64,000 nt of DNA, taken from contig CADCTD010000040.1 in assembly GCA_902805545.1 (NCBI GenBank), positions 5,026 to 69,025 of the forward strand, read 5' to 3'. The DNA is from an uncultured Craurococcus sp. Its GTDB lineage: Bacteria > Pseudomonadota > Alphaproteobacteria > Acetobacterales > Acetobacteraceae. Under the pieces are notes generated by a model. The model was not told where the DNA came from and did not search any database. It saw only the letters and a list, made by a program, of their open reading frames with translations. The position numbers and the translations under genes were made by a program. Positions 28,016 to 36,898 of the stretch are shown here, piece after piece (positions within the stretch are counted from its first letter, which is position 1; every line of letters begins with the position of its first letter).

Positions 28016-28437
28016 CAGCTCTTGGCCATGGCTTGCTGGGCCGCCTCGAGGTCCATCCACATGACCTCCCAGTGATGCCCGTCCGGATCCTCGAAGCTGC
28101 GGCCATACATGAAGCCGTAATCCTGCAGCTGGCCCGGATCCTTGCGGCCGCCGGCCCCGCCGGCGCGCTCGACCGTGGCATCCACCTCGGCGCGGCCCTC
28201 GGCCGATAAGCAGAGCAGCACGCCGCTCGTCGCATGCGCGTCGGCGATCGGCTTGGCGGTGAACTGCCGGTACTTGGCATGGGTCAGCAGCATGACGTGG
28301 ATGGTCTCGGAGAAGACCATGCAGGCGGCGGTCTCGTCGGTGAATTGCGGGTTCAGCTTCGCGCCGACGGCCTCGTAGAAGGCGATCGACCGCTTCAGGT
28401 CGGTGACGGGCAGGTTCACGAAGATCAGCTTCGGCAT
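28015..28437 (-). CDS. VOC family protein (glyoxalase/bleomycin-resistance type)
   Basis: MPKLIFVNLPVTDLKRSIAFYEAVG and FEDPDGHHWEVMWMD motifs. Confidence 0.8.
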   Translation of the reverse strand: MPKLIFVNLPVTDLKRSIAFYEAVGAKLNPQFTDETAACMVFSETIHVMLLTHAKYRQFTAKPIADAHATSGVLLCLSAEGRAEVDATVERAGGAGGRKDPGQLQDYGFMYGRSFEDPDGHHWEVMWMDLEAAQQAMAKS

Positions 28438-28461
28438 GGACGGGTCCTTTCCCCCTTGGCT

Positions 28462-28490
28462 TTGACCAGCCTGCCCACTTGAGTTATAAA
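28462..28490 (+). promoter_or_regulatory. sigma70-like promoter TTGACC-N17-TATAAA for the HxlR gene (near-leaderless)
   Basis: The -35 is at 28462-67 and the -10 at 28485-90. The ATG at 28499 is only 8 nt after the -10, and no SD is present. Confidence 0.45.
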
Positions 28491-28498
28491 TTGCAACT

Positions 28499-29197
28499 AT
28501 GAAGTCAGAAAAAATAACTTCACCAGGACCGCCCCGCCGCTGGTACGAGGATGCCTGCGCCGCCGCCCATGCCCTCGACCTGCTGGGCGAGCGCTGGGCG
28601 CTGCTGGTGATGCGGGAGCTGATCTTCGGCCCGCGCCGCTTCAGCGAGCTGCGCGCCAGCCTGCCGGGCATCAGCGCCAATGTGCTGACCCAGCGCCTCG
28701 CCGGGCTGGAGGCGGCCGGGGTGGTGGCGCGCCGCCGCCTGCCGCCCCCGGCCTCCGCCCAGGTCTATGCGCTGACGGAGTGGGGCATGGAGAGCGAGCC
28801 GATTTTCCAGGCGCTCGGCCGCTGGGCGGCCCGCTCGCCGCTGCACGACCCGACGCTGCCCTTCAGCGCCGCCTCGCTGCTGCTCTCGCTGCGGACGATG
28901 CTGGATGCCGGCCGGGCCGGAGAGCTTGCCGCGCGCATCGGCTTCCGCCTCGGCGAGGAGCGCTACCTCACCCGGCTCGAGGCGGGGCAGATCGCCATCG
29001 CCGCCGGGCCGGTGGAGGGAGCCGACCTTGTCCTCGACGGCGCACCCGCCGTCATCGCCGCCGCGATCTATGGCGGCCAGCCCCTCGAGGCGCTGGAAGC
29101 CGCCGGCGCCCTGCGCGTCGAAGGCGACCGGGCGCTTGCGGCACGCTTCCTCACCCTCTTTCCCCTGCCGCCCAAGGCCGGCCTAGAAAAGGGATAG
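28499..29197 (+). CDS. HxlR-family winged-helix regulator with C-terminal SCP2-like extension
   Basis: LLGERWALLVMRELIFGPRRFSELRASLPGISANVLTQRL motif. Divergent from the three-gene VOC operon. Confidence 0.85.
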   Translation: MKSEKITSPGPPRRWYEDACAAAHALDLLGERWALLVMRELIFGPRRFSELRASLPGISANVLTQRLAGLEAAGVVARRRLPPPASAQVYALTEWGMESEPIFQALGRWAARSPLHDPTLPFSAASLLLSLRTMLDAGRAGELAARIGFRLGEERYLTRLEAGQIAIAAGPVEGADLVLDGAPAVIAAAIYGGQPLEALEAAGALRVEGDRALAARFLTLFPLPPKAGLEKG

Positions 29198-30271
29198 CTG
29201 CGGCCCCGCCGCGCGGAAGCGGCTGGTATCGAGCGGCAGCCGCGGCCGGTCCAGCCCGAGCCGCGCCGCCGCCAGCGCGAAGCGCTGCCGCAGCAGCTCG
29301 GCATAGGGCCCGGTGCCGCGCATCCGCTCGCCGAATGCCGCCTGGTTCAGCTTGCCGCCCCGGCACTGCCGGATGAGGCTCAGCACCCGCCCCGCCCGGT
29401 CCGGCGCATGGGCGCGCAGCCATTCCTCGAAGAGCGGCCTGATCTCATGCGGCAGCCGCACCAGCGTCATGCCCGCGCCGGTCGCCCCCGCCTCGGCCGC
29501 CGCCTCGAGGATCGGCTCGATCTCATGGCAGGTGAGGCCGGGGATGACCGGCGCTGCCATCACCGTCACCGGGATGCCGGCCGCCGCCAGCGCCCGGATC
29601 GCCGCCAGCCGCCGCCCCGGCGTCGCCGCGCGCGGCTCCATCCGCCGCGCCAGCTCCCGGTCGAGCGTCGTGATGGAGATGCCGGCCCGCGCCAGCCCCG
29701 CCGCCGCCATCGGCGCCAGGATGTCGATGTCGCGCTCGATCAGCGCCGACTTGGTCAACAGCCCGACCGGATGCCGGAACTCCGCCAGCACCTGCAGGAT
29801 GCGCCGCGTCAGCCCCTCCCGCCGCTCGAAGGGCTGGTAGGCATCGGTGTTGATGCCGAGCATGACCGGCTTCGGCACGTAGCCCGGCGCCGAGAGCTCC
29901 CGCCGCAGCAGCGCCGGCGCATCCGGCTTGTGGAAGATGCGCGTCTCGAAATCGAGCCCGGGCGAGAGGTTGAGGAAGGCATGGGTCGGCCGGGCGAAGC
30001 AGTAGATGCAGCCATGCTCGCAGCCGCGATAGGGGTTGATGGAGCGGCTGAAGCCGATATCCGGGCTGTCGTTGCTGGTGATGATCCGCCGCGCCGCGTC
30101 GATGCCGAGGCTGGCGGCCTCGCGCGGCGCCCATTCCTCCTCCTCGGCCGCGCCCCAGCCGTCATCGACGGCATGGCGGTCGGCCAGGCCGAAGCGCGCG
30201 CTCGGCCGGTTGGAGACGGCGCCGCGGCCTTTCCGGGGCAGGGCGGGCAGGGCGTCGTCGCTGGGCGGCAT
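29183..30271 (-). CDS. PA0069-family radical SAM protein (SplB-like, COG1533)
   Basis: KGRGAVSNRPSARF N-terminus and CEHGCIYCF (CxxxCxxC) cluster motif. 362 aa. Confidence 0.88.
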   Translation of the reverse strand: MPPSDDALPALPRKGRGAVSNRPSARFGLADRHAVDDGWGAAEEEEWAPREAASLGIDAARRIITSNDSPDIGFSRSINPYRGCEHGCIYCFARPTHAFLNLSPGLDFETRIFHKPDAPALLRRELSAPGYVPKPVMLGINTDAYQPFERREGLTRRILQVLAEFRHPVGLLTKSALIERDIDILAPMAAAGLARAGISITTLDRELARRMEPRAATPGRRLAAIRALAAAGIPVTVMAAPVIPGLTCHEIEPILEAAAEAGATGAGMTLVRLPHEIRPLFEEWLRAHAPDRAGRVLSLIRQCRGGKLNQAAFGERMRGTGPYAELLRQRFALAAARLGLDRPRLPLDTSRFRAAGPQLSLF

Positions 30272-30297
30272 GGGCCGGAGGATAGGCCGCCCGACAA

Positions 30298-30312
30298 GAA
30301 CATATCAAGAAC
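30298..30312 (-). promoter_or_regulatory. putative alphaproteobacterial LexA (SOS) box GAAC-N7-GAAC
   Basis: AAGAACAtatcAAGAACA: two 7-nt direct repeats 11 nt apart (GTTC-N7-GTTC on the minus strand). Lies 26 nt upstream of the radical SAM ATG, in the 43-nt gap after the ligase stop. Confidence 0.45.
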
Positions 30313-30314
30313 AA

Positions 30315-31925
30315 TTACCCCTCCGCCGCTGGCCCCGCCTCCACATAGGCCATGAGGTTCTCCAGCCGGTCCGCCTCGCTCGCCGGCTTGTCGGTGCGGA
30401 TGCGGGCGATGCGGGGGAAGCGCAGGGCGACGCCCGACTTGTGCCGCCCGGAGAGCTGCGCCGCGTCGAAGATCACCTCCAGCACCAGGCTCTTCTCCAC
30501 CTCCCGCACCGGGCCGAAGCGGCTGACCGTGTGGTTCCTGATCCAACGATCGAGCCAGCCCAGCTCCTCATCCGTGTAGCCGGAATAGGCCTTGCCGACC
30601 GGCACCAGCTCCTCCCCGCCGCCCTCCAGCGGGCGCCAGAGGCCGAAGGTGTAGTCGGAGTAGAAGCTGCTCCGCTTCCCATGCCCGCGCTGCGCATACA
30701 TCAGCACCGCGTCGATGCTGAGCGGGTCGCGCTTCCACTTCCACCACAGCCCCTTCACCCGCCCGGCGAGATAGGGGCTGTCGGCCCGCTTCAGCATCAG
30801 CCCCTCGATGGAGGCGGCCCGCGCTCCGTCCCGCACCTCGCTCAATTGCGCGACGGAGGCGAAGGCGATCATCGCCGAGAGGTCCATCCGCGCCGGCGCA
30901 TGCCGCGCGACCCAGTCCTCCAGCCGCCGCCGGCGTTCGTCGAAAGGCAGTGGCCGCAGGTCCTCGCCCTCTTCGAAGAGCAGGTCGTAGAGCCGCACGC
31001 CGACCGGATGGTCGCGCAGCATCTTCGGCCCGACCAGCTTGCGGTTCAGCCGCTGCTGCAGGTCGGCGAAGGGCGCCACGGCGCCGTCCCGGATCACCAG
31101 CAGCTCGCCATCGAGCACGGCGTGGAAGTCCATCGCCTCCAGGATCTCGGGGAAGCCGCCCGAGATGTCCTCCCCGCCCCGGCTCCAGATGCGCCGGCCT
31201 CCCGGCCCGGCGGTGAGCTGGACGCGGATGCCGTCCCATTTCCACTCGGCGCGATATGCCGTGGGGTCGAGCGCGGCGAGGTCGCGGTCCTCCAGCGGAT
31301 GGGCGAGCATCAGCGGGCGGAAGACGGGGGCATCGCGCGGGTCGGGCTTCTCCGCCTCGCCTTCGAGCCAGCGGAAGATCGGCAGGTAGGGCGGGGCGAC
31401 GCCGTGCCAGATCTCCTCGATCTCCTCCACCGGCTTGCCCGACCATTCGGCCAGCGCGACGCGCGCCAGCCGTCCCGAGACGCCGACGCGCAGGCCCCCG
31501 GTGATGAGCTTGATGAGGGCCAGCCGACCGCCGGAATCGAGCGCATCCAACCAGCCCGCGATCAGCGCCGGCAGCTCCGCCTTGGGCGTCACCTCCAGCG
31601 CCTCCACCACCTCGGAGAGCGCCGGCGGCGGCGCATTTACGCCAGCGCGCTCCGGCCAGATCAGCGCCACCGTCTCGGCGAGATCGCCGACATAGTCATG
31701 GCTGAGGGCAAGCAGCACCGGATCGGTGCGGGCGGCCACGAGGTCGCGGATCAGCATCGGCTTGGCCGCGGTGAAGACCAGCTCCTCCGTCAGCGCCGCC
31801 AGCCCGACGCCCCGGTCCGGATCGGGCTGCGTCGCGAACCAGTCCCGCAGCAGGGCGAGCTTGGCATTGCGGCCCGGGGTGAAGACCAGCCGCTCCAGCA
31901 GCTCGGCGAAGGCGGGGACGCTCAT
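30315..31925 (-). CDS. ATP-dependent DNA ligase (ligase-associated DNA damage response type)
   Basis: Adenylation motif AEWKWDGIRVQL (KxDG) and later LMLKR and WWKWK motifs. 536 aa from MSVPAFAELL. ATGA overlap with the exonuclease stop. Confidence 0.9.
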   Translation of the reverse strand: MSVPAFAELLERLVFTPGRNAKLALLRDWFATQPDPDRGVGLAALTEELVFTAAKPMLIRDLVAARTDPVLLALSHDYVGDLAETVALIWPERAGVNAPPPALSEVVEALEVTPKAELPALIAGWLDALDSGGRLALIKLITGGLRVGVSGRLARVALAEWSGKPVEEIEEIWHGVAPPYLPIFRWLEGEAEKPDPRDAPVFRPLMLAHPLEDRDLAALDPTAYRAEWKWDGIRVQLTAGPGGRRIWSRGGEDISGGFPEILEAMDFHAVLDGELLVIRDGAVAPFADLQQRLNRKLVGPKMLRDHPVGVRLYDLLFEEGEDLRPLPFDERRRRLEDWVARHAPARMDLSAMIAFASVAQLSEVRDGARAASIEGLMLKRADSPYLAGRVKGLWWKWKRDPLSIDAVLMYAQRGHGKRSSFYSDYTFGLWRPLEGGGEELVPVGKAYSGYTDEELGWLDRWIRNHTVSRFGPVREVEKSLVLEVIFDAAQLSGRHKSGVALRFPRIARIRTDKPASEADRLENLMAYVEAGPAAEG

Positions 31926-32968
31926 GCCGCGGCCCCTCCCTCGGGCGCCTCCGCCACCGCCTCGTCCTCGTCCTCCCCGAGGCCCACGAGGTGCAGCGCC
32001 CGCCCGCGGATGCCGCGCCCGGCCAGCGCATGCACCAGCGCATCGTCCCGCCCATGCGTCACCCAGACCTCCGGTGCGCCGACCTCGTCGATGGTGCGGT
32101 TGAGGTCGTCCCAGTCGGCATGGTCGCTGATGACCATGGGCAGCTCCACGCCCCGCGTCCTCGCCCGCTGCCGCACCCGCATCCAGCCGCTGGCCAGTGC
32201 GGTGACGGGCTCCGCCAGCCGCCGCGCCCAGCGATCGGCGATGGCCGAGGGCGGGGCGAGGACGATGGCGCCCTTCAGCTCCGCCTTGTTGGCAACCGTC
32301 GCCGGCCGCAGCTCCCCGAGCGGCACGCCGAGTTCCTCGTAGAGCCGGCAGAGCGGCTGCTGCGCCCCGTGCAGGTGGATCGGCCGGTCCCAGCCCGCGG
32401 CGCGGATCAGGGTGATCAGCCGCTGGCACTTCCCGAGCGCGTAGCAGCCGACCACATGCGTCCGCTCGGGAAACAGCGCGAGGCTCCTGAGCAGCTTCGC
32501 CACCTCATGCGCCGGATCGGGGTGGCGGAAGACCGGCAGGGCGAAGGTCGCCTCGGTGACGAAGACGTCGCAGGGCACCACCTCGAAGGGCAGGCAGGTC
32601 GCATCCCGCTGCCGCTTGTAGTCGCCGGAGACGACGGCCCGGCTCCCCCGCCACTCCATCACCACCTGCGCCGAGCCCAGCACATGCCCGGCCGGGACCA
32701 GGCGGATGGCGACGTCGCTCTGCCGCAGCACCTCGCCATGCCGCATCGCCTGCTGGGTGGCGCCAGCCCCCTCCCCCATCCGCGCCCGCATGATGGCAAG
32801 CGTCTCCGGCGTCGCCAGCACCGCCCGGTGGCCCGGCCGGGCATGGTCGGCATGGCCATGGGTGATGACGGCGCGCGCCACCGGCCGCACCGGGTCGATG
32901 AAGAAGCCGCCCGGCTCGCAAAAGAGCCCGTCGGGGGTGACGCGGAGCCAGGTCTCGGGATGGGGCAT
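31922..32968 (-). CDS. ligase-associated DNA damage response exonuclease (MBL/beta-CASP fold)
   Basis: ITHGHADH metal motif and a later SDHADW motif. 348 aa. Sits upstream of and is coupled to the ligase. Confidence 0.88.
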   Translation of the reverse strand: MPHPETWLRVTPDGLFCEPGGFFIDPVRPVARAVITHGHADHARPGHRAVLATPETLAIMRARMGEGAGATQQAMRHGEVLRQSDVAIRLVPAGHVLGSAQVVMEWRGSRAVVSGDYKRQRDATCLPFEVVPCDVFVTEATFALPVFRHPDPAHEVAKLLRSLALFPERTHVVGCYALGKCQRLITLIRAAGWDRPIHLHGAQQPLCRLYEELGVPLGELRPATVANKAELKGAIVLAPPSAIADRWARRLAEPVTALASGWMRVRQRARTRGVELPMVISDHADWDDLNRTIDEVGAPEVWVTHGRDDALVHALAGRGIRGRALHLVGLGEDEDEAVAEAPEGGAAA

Positions 32969-33238
32969 GACGGCAGAAGCTTGGCCATGGCCAGGGCGGC
33001 TTCAACCCATCACCTTCCTGCCAGCGATCCGTTGCGGACCAGGGCCCATCGCATCACTTGGTCGCTAATTGCAGGACGGCGGGCGCTGATTGAGAGTGCG
33101 ACGCATTTAAGGCAGGCTGGTTTCGGCCGCGGCAGCAACCCCGCCCGCGGCGCGCCGTTCCCAGCCGCGTGGGTCAGGGTGACGCCAGGAAACCCCTGAT
33201 CGCCCCACGCGTCATACGAAACCGTAATTGCAACGGCC

Positions 33239-34309
33239 ATGCGGCGTCGCGGCCTCGATGAAGGGCAAGGGAATTGGATGTCGCCAGGGCCAGGGGATGC
33301 CACGGATGCCAGGATGGCGGCGCAGGCGGAGCCTTCCCTCCTGGTCGACTATGCCCCGGTGATGCTCTGGCAGGCCGGGCCCGACCGCGTACGCAGCTTC
33401 TTCAACCAGCCCTGGCTGGATTTCACCGGCCGGCCGCTCGAGGCGGAGCTGGGCTTCGGCTGGATCGAGGGCGTCCACCCGGAGGACAGGGTGCGCTGCG
33501 AACAGGCCTACCTGCAGGGCTTCACCGCCCGCGTGCCCTTCACCGTCGACTTCCGCCTCCGGCGGCATGACGGCGCCTGGCGCTGGCTGCTGGAGACCGC
33601 CCGGCCGCTTTGCCAGGACGGCCAGTTCATCGGCTTCCTCGGCTCCTGCGTCGACATCACGGATATGCGCCAGGCGCTGGAGGAGCGCCGCCGCGCGCTC
33701 GCCGAGCGGGAGCTGCTGCTGGCGGAGCTGCACCACCGGGTCAAGAACAACGCCCAGGCCACCACCTCCTTCCTCGGCCTGCAGGCCAGCCGCGCCACCA
33801 ACCCGGAGGTCGCCGCCGCCCTGCGCGGCGCCGCGACGCGCGTGATGCTGGCGACACTGGTGCAGGACCGCATGTTCCGCATCGCCGAGAATGCGATGAT
33901 CGACCTCGGCGCCGAGCTGCTGGCCACCGCCCGCAGCGCGCTGGACGTGGTGGGCCGCCCCGGCCTCACCCTGGAGCATGAGATCGAGCCGGGCCTGCTG
34001 ATGCCGGTCTCCCAGGCGACGCCCCTCGCCCTCATCGTCAACGAGCTGGTGGTGAACGCCGCCCGCCACGCCTTCCCCGAGCACCACATCGGCACCATCC
34101 GCCTGGTGCTGCGCCGGCCGGCGCCGGGCCTCGGCGAGCTGGTGGTGGCGGATGACGGGATCGGCCTGCCGGAGGCGCAGCGGCGCAACACCCCTCAGGG
34201 CTGCCTCGGCCTGCATCTCGTCCCCCGCCTGGCGCGGCAGGCCCATGCCAGCCTCCGCCTCGAGGCGGGGGGCGGCACCACGGCCACGCTCCGCTTCGCC
34301 TGCGGGTAG
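33239..34309 (+). CDS. PAS domain sensor histidine kinase, HisKA_2/HWE type
   Basis: PAS core (FTGRPLEAELGFGWIEGVHPED...WRWLLETARP), H-box ELHHRVKNN and N-box NELVVNAARHAF. No TM segment. Alternative starts at 33278 and 33314. Confidence 0.85.
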   Translation: MRRRGLDEGQGNWMSPGPGDATDARMAAQAEPSLLVDYAPVMLWQAGPDRVRSFFNQPWLDFTGRPLEAELGFGWIEGVHPEDRVRCEQAYLQGFTARVPFTVDFRLRRHDGAWRWLLETARPLCQDGQFIGFLGSCVDITDMRQALEERRRALAERELLLAELHHRVKNNAQATTSFLGLQASRATNPEVAAALRGAATRVMLATLVQDRMFRIAENAMIDLGAELLATARSALDVVGRPGLTLEHEIEPGLLMPVSQATPLALIVNELVVNAARHAFPEHHIGTIRLVLRRPAPGLGELVVADDGIGLPEAQRRNTPQGCLGLHLVPRLARQAHASLRLEAGGGTTATLRFACG

Positions 34310-34351
34310 CGCCTTCCCGAGGGGCCCGCTTCCCGCCATATAAGGGGCCGG

Positions 34352-36898
34352 ATGGGAACATTGCCGGAACCTTTTGCCGCCTGGTTCGCCCGGCGGGGCT
34401 GGACGCCGCGGCCGCACCAGCTCGCCCTGCTGCGGGCGGCGGAGGCCGGGCGATCCGCGCTGCTGGTCGCGCCGACCGGCGGCGGCAAGACGCTCGCCGG
34501 CTTCCTCCCGAGCCTCGTCGACCTCGCCCGGAGCCCCCGCCCCGGCCTCCATACCCTTTATGTCTCGCCGCTGAAGGCGCTCGCCGTCGACATCGCCCGC
34601 AACCTGACGGCGCCGGTCGAGGACATGGACCTGCCGATCCGCATCGAGACCCGCACCGGCGACACGCCGCAGAACCGCCGCGCCCGCCAGCGCGCCGACC
34701 CGCCCAACCTGCTGCTGACCACGCCCGAGAGCCTCGCCCTGCTGCTCTCCCAGGCCGAGGCGGGGGAGTTCTTCGCCGGGCTCGGCGCCGTCATCGTCGA
34801 CGAGATCCACGCCCTCGCCGGCACCAAGCGCGGCGACCAGCTCGCCCTCGGCCTCGCCCGGCTTGGGCGGCTGGCGCCGGGCGCGCGGCGCGTCGGCCTC
34901 TCGGCGACGGTCGCCTGGCCGGAGCCGCTGCAGGCTTTCCTCTCGCCTACCGGCGAGTCCGGGGGCGTGCGCCTCGTGCAGGTCCGGGGCGGCGCCGCGC
35001 CCGACCTCGCCATCTCCCTGCCCGAAGGCCGGCTGCCCTGGGGCGGCCATATGGGCCTCGCCTCCATGCCGGAGGTCTACCGCCGCATCCAGGCGGCGCG
35101 CGTCACCATCGTCTTCGTCAACACGCGCGCCCAGGCGGAGCTCTGCTTCCAGGCGCTCTGGCGGCTGAACGAGGACAGTCTCTCGATCGCCCTCCACCAT
35201 GGCAGCCTCACCGTCGAGCAGCGCCGCAAGGTCGAGGCGGCGATGGCCGCGGGGAAGCTGCGCGCGGTGGTGGCGACCGCCTCGCTCGACCTCGGCATCG
35301 ACTGGGGCGACGTGGACCAGGTGATCCAGGTCGGCGCGCCGAAGGGCGTCGCGCGCCTCCTGCAGCGCGTCGGCCGCGCCAACCACCGGATGGACGAGCC
35401 CTCGCGCGCCATCCTCGTCCCCGCCAACCGCTTCGAGGTCATCGAATGCACCGCGGCGCTCGAGGCGGTGCGCCACGAGGAGCTGGATGGCGACCCGCCG
35501 CGCCCTGGCGGGCTCGACGTGCTGGCGCAGCACATCCTCGCCATGGCCTGCCACGCCCCCTTCCACCCGGACGCGCTCTACGAGGAGGTCCGCTGCGCCG
35601 CCCCCTATGCCGGGCTCAGCCGCCGCGACTTCGACGACGTGCTCGGCTTCGTCGAGAATGGCGGCTACGCGCTCCGCGTCTATGACCGCTTCCGCAAGCT
35701 GTTCCGCGACGCCGAGGGCATGGTCCATGTCCGCGACCAGCACGTCGCCCGCCAGCTGCGGATGAATCTCGGCACCATCGTCGAGACGCCGCTGCTGAAG
35801 GTGCGCCTCCGCGGCGGCCCCGTGCTGGGCGAGGTGGAGGAGTGGTTCATCTCGACGCTCGTCGCCGGCGACTGCTTCATCTTCGCCGGGCAGACGCTGC
35901 GCTTCGAGGCGCTGGACGGCGTCAGCGCCGTCGTCTCCCGCGGCGGCGAGGGCGAGCCGCGCGTGCCCGCCTATGCCGGCTCGCGCATGCCGCTCACCAC
36001 CTGGCTGGCGGCGCGGGTGCGGGAGATCCTGCACGACCCGCGCAAGTGGCGCCTGCTGCCCGCGCCCGTGCAGGACTGGCTGAGGCTGCAGCGCCGCCAG
36101 AGCATGCTCCCCCCCAAGGACGGGCTACTCATAGAGACCTTCCCGCGCGGCGGGCGCTGGTTCCTCGTCGCCTATTGCTTCGAGGGGCGGCTGGCGCACC
36201 AGACGCTCGGCATGCTCGTCACCAAGCGGATGGAGCGCGCCGGCTTCGGCCCGCTCGGCTACCTCGCCACCGACTATGTCCTCGCCGCCTGGTCCGCCTT
36301 CGAGCCGACCGGGGTGGAGCATCTCTTCGAGGAGGACATCCTCGGCGAGGAGCTGGAGGAGTGGATGGCGGAGAGCTCCATGCTCCGCCGCACCTTCCGC
36401 AACATCGCCACCATCGCCGGGCTGCTCGAGAAGAACCACCCGGGACAAGAGAAGCGCCCGCGCCAGATGACCATGAATGCCGACCTGATCTACGACGTGC
36501 TGCGCAAGCACGAGCCCGACCACATCCTGCTCCGCGCCACGCGGCAGGAGGCCGCCGGTGGCCTCACCGATGTCGCGCGCATCGGCCTGCTGCTGGCGCG
36601 CGCGCGGGGGCGCATCATCCACAAGCAGCTCAAGCGTGTCTCGCCGCTGGCCGTGCCGGCGCTGATCGAGGAGGGGCGCGAATGGGTCGCCGGCGGCGCC
36701 GAGGACGCGCTGCTCGCCGAGGCCGAGTCGCTGGTCGAGGAGGTGACCGATGGCGCCGAGCTCTTCTCCGGCCTGCTCGCCGATGTGACGGAGGGCGTCG
36801 CCATCCGCCCGCGCGACGTCGACAAGCCGCGCCACCGCGAGCGGCCGCGCCACAACCGCTTCATCCGCAACGCGCCGAAGAGCCTCGGCCGGGCATGA
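34352..36898 (+). CDS. ligase-associated DNA damage response DEXH-box helicase (Lhr-Core-like)
   Basis: APTGGGKT, VIVDEIH and SATV motifs, with a C-terminal DUF1998-like region. 848 aa. Confidence 0.92.
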   Translation: MGTLPEPFAAWFARRGWTPRPHQLALLRAAEAGRSALLVAPTGGGKTLAGFLPSLVDLARSPRPGLHTLYVSPLKALAVDIARNLTAPVEDMDLPIRIETRTGDTPQNRRARQRADPPNLLLTTPESLALLLSQAEAGEFFAGLGAVIVDEIHALAGTKRGDQLALGLARLGRLAPGARRVGLSATVAWPEPLQAFLSPTGESGGVRLVQVRGGAAPDLAISLPEGRLPWGGHMGLASMPEVYRRIQAARVTIVFVNTRAQAELCFQALWRLNEDSLSIALHHGSLTVEQRRKVEAAMAAGKLRAVVATASLDLGIDWGDVDQVIQVGAPKGVARLLQRVGRANHRMDEPSRAILVPANRFEVIECTAALEAVRHEELDGDPPRPGGLDVLAQHILAMACHAPFHPDALYEEVRCAAPYAGLSRRDFDDVLGFVENGGYALRVYDRFRKLFRDAEGMVHVRDQHVARQLRMNLGTIVETPLLKVRLRGGPVLGEVEEWFISTLVAGDCFIFAGQTLRFEALDGVSAVVSRGGEGEPRVPAYAGSRMPLTTWLAARVREILHDPRKWRLLPAPVQDWLRLQRRQSMLPPKDGLLIETFPRGGRWFLVAYCFEGRLAHQTLGMLVTKRMERAGFGPLGYLATDYVLAAWSAFEPTGVEHLFEEDILGEELEEWMAESSMLRRTFRNIATIAGLLEKNHPGQEKRPRQMTMNADLIYDVLRKHEPDHILLRATRQEAAGGLTDVARIGLLLARARGRIIHKQLKRVSPLAVPALIEEGREWVAGGAEDALLAEAESLVEEVTDGAELFSGLLADVTEGVAIRPRDVDKPRHRERPRHNRFIRNAPKSLGRA
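34356..34370 (+). promoter_or_regulatory. putative LexA (SOS) box GAAC-N7-GAAC overlapping codons 2-7 of the helicase
   Basis: atgGGAACattgccgGAACc. A TATAAG -10-like hexamer (34339-44) ends 7 nt before the ATG, suggesting a leaderless mRNA with the box just downstream of the start site. Confidence 0.45.

Noticed and set aside
33026-33040. Degenerate GATC-N7-GACC upstream of the exonuclease-ligase operon as a third SOS box
   Set aside because: Each half-site has a mismatch, and such degenerate matches are frequent by chance. No perfect GAAC-N7-GAAC or GTTC-N7-GTTC lies in the 270-nt exo/kinase intergenic region.
33239-34309. Idea that the PAS kinase is a LOV blue-light sensor linking light to photolyase
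   Set aside because: The PAS core lacks the GxNCRFLQ flavin-cysteine motif, so nothing in the sequence supports flavin-adduct photochemistry.
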